Assembly: GCA_963677485.1 (NCBI GenBank)
Contig: OY781964.1
Location: 1,952,001-2,016,000, forward strand
Source of the DNA: Armatimonadota bacterium
GTDB taxonomy: Bacteria > Armatimonadota > HRBIN16
DNA length: 64,000 nucleotides
Direction: 5' to 3'
Below the pieces are notes generated by a model, which saw nothing but the letters and a program-made list of their open reading frames with translations, made no database searches and had not been told where the DNA came from. Below are positions 37,939 to 47,072 of this stretch, piece by piece (the first letter of the stretch is position 1; each line of letters starts with the position of its first letter). Made by a program: the position numbers and the translations under genes.

Positions 37939-38471
37939 TCCTGGTAATTGGAGTTGTGCTGGAGCTTAGAAATTATATATGTCATATTTTGTATTATTTA
38001 GTTCTTATTGTCATATTTTATTATTCATTGTGTAATTATATATAAGTATTGTTATGCACAGCCTCGATATGCTTCAGGTATGTTCAGCACAAAACAGCCC
38101 ATTATCACAAAAATACCACCGAATCTGTGAGATACCTGACCTCGAACAGGGTAATTCTTAAATTCAGTGTCTTCGAAAGGAACACAGCATCAACTATATA
38201 TACACCAGGCGCGATAAAGCCATATGGAACCATATTTCAGGTGAATTCATGGCCTGATATGTCAACTCGGCGAACACAGTATCGACTCACCGTCCGACTA
38301 TCCCTGGTCATATATATTTCCTCATCTCCGTCATCTGTGGTTCTAATTCTACTAGTAGCACATAGGGGATACGGCTCCAGTACCTGACAAGATGGCCGAA
38401 TAACCACGGGATTTATACAAATAGCCCGTAAACAGTAGATTTTACTGGTGGACACCATTCATAATAAAGAC

Positions 38472-38659
38472 AGATCGAATGAAATAGGAGGTAACTGCCC
38501 TATGGACTGTTCTCGAGGTACTCTTTGGGCCTAGGGTTTTAACCCATAAGGTCATAAACGGCAAATTCGCTGTTTTGAGCTAGTGAGCCATGAATTCTAG
38601 GCCCACTCTCCGGCTACCACCGATTAGGGCTTGCTGTAATTTGGCAAGCCCTCTTTTTT
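38472..38659 (+). ncRNA. Candidate structured RNA or micro-ORF transcript
   Basis: Nested stems, AGGAGG plus 10-codon ORF 38502-38534, ends in a clear terminator; 5' end guessed. Confidence 0.35.
38626..38659 (+). terminator. Intrinsic terminator with no long ORF directly upstream
   Basis: AGGGCTTGC-9-GCAAGCCCT-CTTTTTT. Confidence 0.75.
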
Positions 38660-38673
38660 GTATATGGTAACTA

Positions 38674-39034
38674 GTCGTAGGGGCGTCCCTTGTGGGCGCC
38701 CTAAACGTGAACTATCGAACGATCAACGATTAGGGCCACCACAAGGGTGGCCCCTACGACCGTATCCGCTACATTATGGGCTGCCGTGAATGCACGGGCA
38801 GGTGCTTGTAAGTCACCCATGGAGATTCGCGAATCGCCCCTAGTACGCTGACGCGTAAGCGGGGAACCCTCCCCTGCGCCGGCCGGAGCGGAGCGACGCC
38901 GGCCGATATTGATCAGCCACGCGGTGGGGAAACCCCTAAGGGACGCCAGTCCCGTGGGGTGACTGAACCCGTGGCCATTTGCGACCGTATCCGCTACAGC
39001 CTGGGCAGCCGTGCCGGCACGGGCAGGTGCTTGT
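38674..39034. repeat. REPIN-like GTAG doublet (38677-38757) and 53-bp direct repeats (38757-38809, 38982-39034) around a ~100-nt element
   Basis: GTAGGGGCGTCCCTTGTG...CACAAGGGTGGCCCCTAC; CGACCGTATCCGCTACA...GCACGGGCAGGTGCTTGT twice. Confidence 0.8.
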
Positions 39035-39253
39035 TTACTTCATATATATATAGTTTGGCGCAACCTCTGTTGCTCAGTTGAACACGAAGGGCTCCATATG
39101 TGTCTATAATATTGGTATACACGTGCATCATGTTATGATGAATGCGGTGTCTTTTTTCCAAAACTGGAAAGAAGGATTCTGTATTAGGTGCGTTGAAACT
39201 GAAAGCTGTGCCATAATATAGTAGTTATCCGATTTGCTGGAGATCTCGAAACT

Positions 39254-39964
39254 ATGCGAATCCTAAGTATCTCGAGAAGGCTGGCCGCTGCGGTGGTCTT
39301 GCCTCTAATTGCTACCGCTGTATATGCAGCCAACATCGTACCTGAAGCTCAGTTGCTTGGCACGAAGTTGATGACCCCCATTCGTAACGTGATCCTGCGA
39401 CTCGGTCCGCCGCAGTTCATCGGTTTAGCACCATGTGCGTCCGATGATATCTATGGCGTGTTAAAACAAGTTCTTGAGCAGCAAGGTGCCACTGGCACAG
39501 GTGCTGCAGGCGCAGGTGCTGTATCAACGATGGGTGGAGCATCAAGCATGCCCATGATGATGGGTTCGATGCCGATGTCACCCACGACAAGCCCCTCTGC
39601 AGCAATGTCAACCGGCATGCTGGGTTCTCAGGTTGGGCCATCTCTGGGTGGAGCAATGGGAGCCTCTTCAAGCGCCGCTAAGGTCGATAACATGGCTGTA
39701 TACGATCAAACGATCTTCTACTTCAATGCCGACGACATCGTTGTGCGGATCGCCTCTGTCAAAAACACAGGGAAACACCCGGTGGCTAAGACCGTAAGGG
39801 GAGTGAAACAAGGCGACATGTTCTCTAAAGTGATCAAAACCTACGGTTGGCCTAAGCGATTTGCGGCTGAAGGCCAGTATTTCCTTTTGGATTATCCGGA
39901 TTATGGTCTACGGTTCGGCTTCAAGGTGAATAAAGTCATCTATATCGAGTCGGTCATACTGTAG
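39254..39964 (+). CDS. Secreted protein with Met/Gly/Ser-rich insert
   Basis: Signal peptide (AVYA-A), LGTKL..LGPP and GVKQGD..YGWP half-repeats. Confidence 0.82.
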   Translation: MRILSISRRLAAAVVLPLIATAVYAANIVPEAQLLGTKLMTPIRNVILRLGPPQFIGLAPCASDDIYGVLKQVLEQQGATGTGAAGAGAVSTMGGASSMPMMMGSMPMSPTTSPSAAMSTGMLGSQVGPSLGGAMGASSSAAKVDNMAVYDQTIFYFNADDIVVRIASVKNTGKHPVAKTVRGVKQGDMFSKVIKTYGWPKRFAAEGQYFLLDYPDYGLRFGFKVNKVIYIESVIL

Positions 39965-39991
39965 CACCATTCCCAAGGAGAGTAGTCGCAC

Positions 39992-41017
39992 ATGAGTAAG
40001 TATTTTTTAACCACGATGGCCGTAATGGCACTGGTGGCAGCACAGATGTCCGCCATGGCTGTAGAAACCAAGCTGGCCGGAGTGAAACTGGGTATCACCA
40101 CCTCGCAACAACTAGTATCAAGGCTGGGCAACCCCACGATGGTACAAGTGAATGACGGCCGGACAGGCACAGGCTCGGGTACTGCTGGTGCGGCTGCTGG
40201 GATGTCCAGTATGGGCGGGTCTTCTATGGCTCTGCTCGGTGGTATGCAAAGTGCTGTGCAGGGTTATGCTGGCGCATTGAACTCCGCTATGGGTGGTGGT
40301 GCACCGACGATGCCTGGCATGTCCATGCCCGGTATGTCAATGCCCGGTATGGGTGGAATGCCCGGCATGGGCAGCTCTTCTATGCCTGGTATGGGCGGAT
40401 CCCAGCAGCGGGGCACGTCCGATATGCAGCAGCCAGGGGCCGAAGTGTTGATGATCTACGAAACCAGCGGGCATAAAATGCGCTACGAGTTCCTTTTTAA
40501 CCGATTAGGCAAGCTGAAACAGATCAGTGTTTACGGCTTTAAAGACCTTCGTGGTCTTAAAACTCGTGCATCGGCGATCACTTCACAGGGCATCGGCATT
40601 GGATCCTCGTTTAACCAGGTAGTCAAAAAATACGGGATGCCCAGCTCTGGTGTATATGGCAAGAGCTCTAATAAAGCACAGAACACCATCACTTTTGTCT
40701 ATCTGGACAAACACCTCGCGATTCAGTTCGTAAAGAACTCGGTAGTCGCGCTTGTCGTATGTCTTGATCCACCTACGAAATACACTTTCGAATCTCCCGG
40801 CTACTCTTCTGGTCAGGCTCCGGTTGCTCAAGGCGGCATGGGATCAACCATGCCAGGAATGGGCGCGATGTCTGGCGGTTCCTCTATGCCTTCGATGCCT
40901 GGCATGATGTCGCCTGGGATGAGCGGTGGCGGTGCAAGCTCGCCTATGATGCCTCCGGGTATGGGTATCGGCGGCGGTGGTATGTCCATGCCCCCATCGC
41001 CAAACATAGGCCGCTAA
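39992..41017 (+). CDS. Secreted protein with MPGM repeats; paralog of the preceding gene
   Basis: AAGGAG RBS, signal peptide, GVKLG..LGNP and GIGIGSS..YGMP half-repeats. Confidence 0.85.
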   Translation: MSKYFLTTMAVMALVAAQMSAMAVETKLAGVKLGITTSQQLVSRLGNPTMVQVNDGRTGTGSGTAGAAAGMSSMGGSSMALLGGMQSAVQGYAGALNSAMGGGAPTMPGMSMPGMSMPGMGGMPGMGSSSMPGMGGSQQRGTSDMQQPGAEVLMIYETSGHKMRYEFLFNRLGKLKQISVYGFKDLRGLKTRASAITSQGIGIGSSFNQVVKKYGMPSSGVYGKSSNKAQNTITFVYLDKHLAIQFVKNSVVALVVCLDPPTKYTFESPGYSSGQAPVAQGGMGSTMPGMGAMSGGSSMPSMPGMMSPGMSGGGASSPMMPPGMGIGGGGMSMPPSPNIGR

Positions 41018-41037
41018 CTGGAGCATGAAGGTGATGC

Positions 41038-42849
41038 TTGGCAAGCCGAGTAACTAATGACATTGAAGACGTCCGCGCCGCTAACGACATCGTCCGTGTG
41101 GTGTCTGGATATCTAACCCTTAAGAAATCGGGCAGAACCCTTAGCGGGCTCTGCCCCTTCCATCACGAGAAAACCCCTTCATTTTACGTCTATCCCGACA
41201 CTCAGCGTTTCTCATGTTATGGGTGCGGGCTATACGGTGATGTGTTCGCCTTCATCATGCGTGCGGAAAACCTCAGCTTTCCTGAAGCTGTGAATATCCT
41301 GGCGGAACGCGAAGGCATGGAATACCGCACCGCCGGCTACAACAGCAATGCCCCCAGCAGAGACCATCGCGAAACCCTTCATGTAGCCAATGAACTGGCG
41401 CTTCAGTATTATCAAGAGATGCTGCCCCAGCACCAGATCGCTCAGGAGCTCATCCAACAACGCGGTCTTCGCCAGGAGACGGTGGCGAAGTTCTGCATCG
41501 GATACGCGCCCGAGGGTTATCGGGGGTTGATGAACCGGCTGGAACAGCGGAATGTGACCAAAGAATCGGCCCTTGAGGCTGGTCTGCTTATCGAGAGTGA
41601 TAAAGGCGATCTATACGACCGGTTTCACAACAGGCTGATGTTCCCCATATGGGATGCACAGGGACGGGTGGTTGGGTTTGGCGGACGCGCAATGGAAGCC
41701 GATGCAAAACCAAAATACCTGAATACCTCTGAAACCCCTGTCTTCCGGAAAAGCCGAATCATATATGCGCTTCACCTGGCCAAGACCAGGATACAGTCTG
41801 AAAAGACGGTGCTGCTGCTGGAAGGATATATGGACGTGGCTGCCGCGCATCAGGCGGGGTTTACTAATGCCATCGCCACGATGGGCACCGCGATCACGCC
41901 GGAACATGTGGGCATACTAAAGCGCTTCTCTCAGCATGTCACCGTGGTCTACGATGGCGATACACCTGGTCAGAACGCCTCCAGCAAGGCGGCCGCGGAG
42001 CTGCTATCGCAAGGGATGCAGGCGTCTATCGTCTGTCTGCCAGACAACCATGACCCAGATAGCTATGTAAAGCAGTATGGAGCTGAGGCCTTCGCGAACC
42101 AGTTGAAGGCGGCTGTTCAGGTGATTGAGTTCGAATTGAATCGAATCGCGACTCAACACGACATGTCTCGGCCTGAAGAGCGTGTGCAGGGTCTGCATAA
42201 AATGATTGAGGTTCTGGCCAGCATACCCGATTCGCTGCAGCGAGAACAGTACATCATGCAGGTTCTCCGATATCATCCTGCGGGGTTCACCGACCCTAGC
42301 GGTGCGGTAGCCCAACTGAGGCGCGAAATTGCGCTGTCTCAACGCCAGCGTCACGACCAGGCGAAACGGCGGGATCTGTACCATCCTGAGCCAGAGCAGT
42401 TTGAAGAGCATCAGCGTCCAGCACCCATCGTAGAGCCCTTGCAGAGATCAGGAATCTTGGCAGAAGCGGTACTATTAAAGGGTATATGCAATATCGAATG
42501 GTGCCGGCACACCATCGATGCGCTAGGCGATCTGTCACTGGCCACTGAAGGCGCACAGATGTTTTTCGAGCTTGCCAAACGGCAGATATCGCAAGGTGAA
42601 GACGCGAACCCTGTGCAGATATTGGCACAAATGACAAATGAGCGTGACCGCGAGCTGGTGTCGCGGCGGCTGGGTGAGAATGAGCCTGTTAACAAAGGTT
42701 CCATTGACGGTGCAGTAGATTGGTTACAGAATCAAATGGTGGAACAGCGTAAAAGACAGTTGCAAGAGTTGCTTCAGAGAGGCAGTGAGGGCGATACCGA
42801 TGCGCTGGCCGAGTATCAACAGTTAATGCAAAAGAGACATCATCACTGA
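41038..42849 (+). CDS. dnaG: DNA primase
   Basis: CPFHHEKTPSF..CYGC zinc finger, GFGGR, KYLNTSET, EGYMD, YDGD TOPRIM. Confidence 0.97.
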   Translation: MASRVTNDIEDVRAANDIVRVVSGYLTLKKSGRTLSGLCPFHHEKTPSFYVYPDTQRFSCYGCGLYGDVFAFIMRAENLSFPEAVNILAEREGMEYRTAGYNSNAPSRDHRETLHVANELALQYYQEMLPQHQIAQELIQQRGLRQETVAKFCIGYAPEGYRGLMNRLEQRNVTKESALEAGLLIESDKGDLYDRFHNRLMFPIWDAQGRVVGFGGRAMEADAKPKYLNTSETPVFRKSRIIYALHLAKTRIQSEKTVLLLEGYMDVAAAHQAGFTNAIATMGTAITPEHVGILKRFSQHVTVVYDGDTPGQNASSKAAAELLSQGMQASIVCLPDNHDPDSYVKQYGAEAFANQLKAAVQVIEFELNRIATQHDMSRPEERVQGLHKMIEVLASIPDSLQREQYIMQVLRYHPAGFTDPSGAVAQLRREIALSQRQRHDQAKRRDLYHPEPEQFEEHQRPAPIVEPLQRSGILAEAVLLKGICNIEWCRHTIDALGDLSLATEGAQMFFELAKRQISQGEDANPVQILAQMTNERDRELVSRRLGENEPVNKGSIDGAVDWLQNQMVEQRKRQLQELLQRGSEGDTDALAEYQQLMQKRHHH

Positions 42850-42866
42850 GTCGACTGGAGTGCTAG

Positions 42867-43757
42867 ATGTGTGACCAACACTTGCCTGAAGAGACCAGCA
42901 CTGAGCATTATACGTCCGAGCGGGCCGAAGCTGAGCTTTGTGCGCTAGGCAGCCTGCCGGTATCAGACGCGGTTTCACTTTGGCTGCAGCGTATTCGAAG
43001 GTACCCCCTTCTCAGTGCCGAACAAGAGCTGCAGCTTAGCCTGTTGGCCAAAAAAGGCGACGAAGAGGCGCGATGCCTGCTTGTGAACAGCAATCTACGC
43101 CTGGTGGTCAGCATCGCCCGAAGATATCTCTCAAAAGGACTCAGCTTCAGTGACTTGATGCAGGAAGGCAATATCGGCCTCATCTACGCCACCACCAAAT
43201 TCGAACCGTCCCGTGGTTTCCGCTTTTGCACATATGCAGGCTACTGGATACGCCACGCGGTCACACGGGCCATCGCTCAGCAGGCCCGCAGTATACGTCT
43301 ACCGGTGTATCTTGTGGAAGAGATCAACAGCGTGCAAAGGTGCTCCGCCAAATTGAGTGCCCAACTGGGGCGTCAAGCCACCATAGATGAGGTGGCACAT
43401 GAGATGAATATGAGCGTGCCCGAGTTGAATGAGATGCTATGCTTAGCCGAGGAGCCGGTCAGCCTGGAAAGGCCTTTCGGTAATGAACGTCCACTATCTG
43501 AGACACTCATCGATCACAACCTCGCACTGCCTGCTAGCGTGTATGAACAAAGCGAACTGCTTGAGGAGTTGGCTCACGCCATTGATAATCTGTCTGGCCG
43601 CGACCGCATGATAGTCGTCAAGCGATACGGCCTGGATGGCAACCGGCCCCACACCCTCGCGGAGGTAGCCTCTGAGTTGGGCATCAGCCGGCAGCGGGTG
43701 AAGCAGCTTGAGCAAGCCGCTCTGGACAAGATTCGGATCGCTACCGAAGGCGAGTAG
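42867..43757 (+). CDS. RpoD/SigA-like sigma-70 factor lacking region 1.1 (divergent)
   Basis: Regions 1.2 (PLLSAEQE), 2 ([22 protein letters not shown]), 3 and 4 present; 296 aa. Confidence 0.93.
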   Translation: MCDQHLPEETSTEHYTSERAEAELCALGSLPVSDAVSLWLQRIRRYPLLSAEQELQLSLLAKKGDEEARCLLVNSNLRLVVSIARRYLSKGLSFSDLMQEGNIGLIYATTKFEPSRGFRFCTYAGYWIRHAVTRAIAQQARSIRLPVYLVEEINSVQRCSAKLSAQLGRQATIDEVAHEMNMSVPELNEMLCLAEEPVSLERPFGNERPLSETLIDHNLALPASVYEQSELLEELAHAIDNLSGRDRMIVVKRYGLDGNRPHTLAEVASELGISRQRVKQLEQAALDKIRIATEGE

Positions 43758-43764
43758 CCAGTTT

Positions 43765-44535
43765 TGCCACTGTCCGGGCGGACTGACATGGAACTCAACG
43801 CAAGGACGCAGAGGGGCAAAGGACGCAAAGGGATATATATCCACAGATTACACAGATTACGCAGATTGTCTGAACCACGGATTACGCGGATTTGTGGGAT
43901 GACACGGATGGGAGACTTCGCCGCAGCCCAATTGGCTATGTCCGGGGCGGTCTGACAGTACGATAACGGCTGCGGAAGGCCCAAGACCGCGCCGGTCTTT
44001 CTCCAAGGCGGATAGCGATTGGCACGGAGGATACGTCTCACGCGAAGACGCGAAGGGTAAGGGAATTTTCCTCACCACGAATCAACACAGATTAACACGA
44101 ATGGACGCAGATGAACGCGGATTGTCTGAACCACGAATGACACGGATTTATGGGATGACACGGATGGAAGACTTCGCCTCAACCCAATTGGCTATGTCCG
44201 GGGCGGTCTGATGGTACGATAGCGGCTGCGGAAGGCCCAAGACCGCGCCGGTCTTTCTCCAAGGCGGATGGCGATTGGCACGAAGGAATTGGAATTACAA
44301 TCCACAGATTACACAGATGACACAGATTGTCTGAACCACGGATTACGCAGTTGACACGGATAGGTTCAGATGGGAGACTTCGCCGCAGCCCTAAGGTAAT
44401 GCCCAGGACGGTCTGACGGTATTGTGAGGCGCGGAGACCGCGCCCTTACACGTCATCAATGGGCGGTAGGGTGCATGGCGTGCCGTGCCAGACCGCTCAG
44501 GACATATCCTCCGCGTCCTCCGCGTCTCCGCGTGA
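43765..44535. repeat. Mosaic array G-C-B-E-F-D-B-E-C-B-REP-REP, closed by an inverted H
   Basis: G 43796-43831, C 43839-43866 and 44300-44327, E 43923-44026 and 44183-44282, F 44038-44057, D 44074-44122, H 44509-44535. Confidence 0.95.
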
Positions 44536-44622
44536 GGCTATCCGCCGGACCGGCGTGCTCAAGCCCCGCCAAACCGGTATACTGAAACATAGTAAATACG
44601 CAATAAACAGGGGTCTCATCTG

Positions 44623-46086
44623 ATGTCCGAACTCTATTCTCTCACCGCCCACCAGCTTCGCGATATGCTGCGAAATAAACAAATCAGCAGCGTAGAACTG
44701 ACGCAAAGCGTGATCAACCGCATGCAGCAGGTGGAGCCCAAGGTGCAGGCCTATATCACACAGTGCCCTGAACTGGCGCTTGAGCAGGCCAAAGCTGCTG
44801 ATGAGCGGCTGGCCAGCGGCGATGAGCAGCCGGAGCTGTGCGGTATCCCGGTGGCGATAAAAGACAACATGTGTACCGAAGGTGTGCGCACCACGGCTGC
44901 CAGCAAAATACTCAGCAACTTCATACCACCTTACGATGGCACTGTAGTGTCAAAACTGCGGGCCCAGGGTGTGGTCTTTACCGGTAAAACCAACCTCGAT
45001 GAGTTCGCCATGGGCAGCAGCACCGAAAACAGCGCGTTCTTCCCCAGCCGCAATCCATGGAACACCAACTGCGTGCCTGGCGGCAGCTCCGGCGGAAGCG
45101 CGGTGGCGGTCTCAGCAGATGAGTGCATCGTCAGCATGGGCTCCGACACGGGCGGAAGCATCCGGCAGCCCGCCGCGCTTTGCGGTGTGGTCGGCATGAA
45201 GCCCACCTATGGTCGTGTTAGCCGTTACGGACTGATCGCCTTCGCCAGCTCGCTAGATCAGATCGGCCCCTTCAGCAAGGACGTGGAGGACTGCGCCATC
45301 GCGCTGAATGCCATTTGTGGGAAAGACAGTCACGACAGCACCAGCGTCGATCTGCCCAAAGAGGATTTCGGACGCCTGCTGCACACCGGTGTGAAAGGCC
45401 TGCGCGTGGGCGTGCCCAAAGAGTATTTTGGCGAGGGGGTTGACCCCGAGGTGGGAGCCAGCGTGATGGCGGCCATCGAGGAGTTGCGAGCTGCCGGAGC
45501 TGAGATCGTGGAAATTTCGCTGCCCAGCACGGGATACGGTCTGGCTTGTTACTACATACTCGCTCCCTGCGAAGCCAGCAGCAACCTGGCGCGGTTTGAT
45601 GGCGTGAAATACGGCCACCGCACCACCAACATCACCCACCACACGGGCCTGATGGAGCAGAGCCGAGGCGAAGGCTTCGGCGCTGAGGTGAAGCAGCGTA
45701 TCATGATCGGCACCTACGCGCTCTCTGCAGGATACTATGACGCCTACTATCTGAAAGCCCAGCAGGCGCGTACCATCATCCGACAGGACTTTGATACCGC
45801 CTTCCAGAGTGTGGATGTCATCGCGACGCCCACATCACCGGTCGTGGCTTTCGGCATCGGCGAAAAAGCGAACGACCCACTGAGCATGAAGCTGGCCGAT
45901 ATCTGCACCATCCTGGTCAACATCGCCGGTCTGCCCGCCATGAGCATGCCCTGCGGCTTCAAAGATGGTCTGCCAGTAGGCCTGCAGCTCATCGGCAAGC
46001 CTTACCAGGAGGCGGAGCTGCTTCGTGTGGCTCAGGCTTATGAATTGCGATCTGGTTTAGCGGGCAAGAAGCCCAACATCGGTTAG
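44623..46086 (+). CDS. gatA: Asp/Glu-tRNA amidotransferase subunit A
   Basis: AIKDN, GKTNLDEFAMGSS, PGGSSGGS, GSDTGGSIRQPA, EASSNLARFDGVKYG, GYYDAYY. Confidence 0.97.
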   Translation: MSELYSLTAHQLRDMLRNKQISSVELTQSVINRMQQVEPKVQAYITQCPELALEQAKAADERLASGDEQPELCGIPVAIKDNMCTEGVRTTAASKILSNFIPPYDGTVVSKLRAQGVVFTGKTNLDEFAMGSSTENSAFFPSRNPWNTNCVPGGSSGGSAVAVSADECIVSMGSDTGGSIRQPAALCGVVGMKPTYGRVSRYGLIAFASSLDQIGPFSKDVEDCAIALNAICGKDSHDSTSVDLPKEDFGRLLHTGVKGLRVGVPKEYFGEGVDPEVGASVMAAIEELRAAGAEIVEISLPSTGYGLACYYILAPCEASSNLARFDGVKYGHRTTNITHHTGLMEQSRGEGFGAEVKQRIMIGTYALSAGYYDAYYLKAQQARTIIRQDFDTAFQSVDVIATPTSPVVAFGIGEKANDPLSMKLADICTILVNIAGLPAMSMPCGFKDGLPVGLQLIGKPYQEAELLRVAQAYELRSGLAGKKPNIG

Positions 46087-46097
46087 GTGCCACACAG

Positions 46098-46679
46098 ATG
46101 CCTGGGCTGATAGACCAATTACGGGCATGGAAGGCGCGGCGTTTGAAAACAAAACGCTGCAGACGGCTATGGCGGCGTGTGCGAGAGCACTGCGCCGCCA
46201 TTCGTGTTGTTCACCATGAACTCAGTCCAGAGTGGCGCAGCATCTTCAACTCCTTCCCCATGCGGATGAAAGCCGTAGAGGCTGAACTCTACAACCGCGT
46301 ATTAGCACAAGACCAGATACTCCGGCATGTGCCAAAAGACCACCCGATAGAGCCTGTCGTGCTGCAGATCAAGATAGGCTTCCACCGCAGTATGGGAAAC
46401 AACCAGCTCGCGTATGTCTATCAGCAGAGCCTGCAGAACCTGCAGCTGCAGATGGAGCGGCGAACCCAGATGCTGGCCAATGCGCAGCGGATTGAGAACG
46501 AGGTATTGGATTTCACCTTCCAACTACAGCGGTGGGGTGACCAGGTGATGAGTGTCAGCCGGGCCGGTTTGAGCGGAGGCAGCGATAACCGCGTGGCCGA
46601 CGTGATGGAGCAGATGCAGCAGGAGATGGAGGGTATCCATTCCGCCATCCGCGACGCTCAGGCCGAAGTCGGGTATTAG
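46098..46679 (+). CDS. Hypothetical helical/coiled-coil protein
   Basis: 193-aa ORF 11 nt after gatA; no family recognised. Confidence 0.7.
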   Translation: MPGLIDQLRAWKARRLKTKRCRRLWRRVREHCAAIRVVHHELSPEWRSIFNSFPMRMKAVEAELYNRVLAQDQILRHVPKDHPIEPVVLQIKIGFHRSMGNNQLAYVYQQSLQNLQLQMERRTQMLANAQRIENEVLDFTFQLQRWGDQVMSVSRAGLSGGSDNRVADVMEQMQQEMEGIHSAIRDAQAEVGY

Positions 46680-46767
46680 CAGTTAACCACCTCACATTCG
46701 ATCTCATCCCAGTTGATATGCCCTATCGATTTCCCACAAATCATGTGATTTGTGCTCTCGTTGGTCC

Positions 46768-46980
46768 GGCACCCACGAAGTGGGTACGATTCTTATAGCC
46801 ACGGGTGAGCGCCAGCGAAACCCGTGGAGGAAGTCCTACAACATCTACCCACGAACGTGGGTCGGTTGCCGTGACTATCAGGTGCGACCCACTTCGGGGT
46901 AGGAACAAATTCACCGCTCACCACGGGTTGCGCTTCGCTTACCCGTGGCTGTAAGAATTGCTACCCACTTCGTGGGTGCC
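46768..46980. repeat. Nested long palindromic element (REPIN-like)
   Basis: Outer arms GGCACCCACGAAGTGGGTA / TACCCACTTCGTGGGTGCC with inner CCACGGGT..ACCCGTGG hairpins. Confidence 0.85.
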
Positions 46981-47072
46981 CGGAAGGTATCGATCGTTAT
47001 TTATTTGTGGGTAATGGATTGGCTGATATCGGCCAAGAGGGCTGCCGTGCCAGCCCTCACGGGTTTCCGAGT

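Noticed and set aside
38049-38458. Short ORFs 38049..38387 (+) and 38237..38458 (-)
   Set aside because: No RBS, recognisable motif or protein-like composition; not supportable as genes
38550-38625. tmRNA tag or c-di-GMP-I riboswitch (ATAAACGGCAAA...)
   Set aside because: No tRNA-like ends or Ala-Ala tag ending; no GAAA tetraloop/GACGCAAA motif
37968-39250. Replication origin (AT-rich patch, one DnaA-box-like 9-mer, local strand switch)
   Set aside because: Only one good box, no dnaA/dnaN nearby, and the rRNA and rpsB operons on either side point the same way
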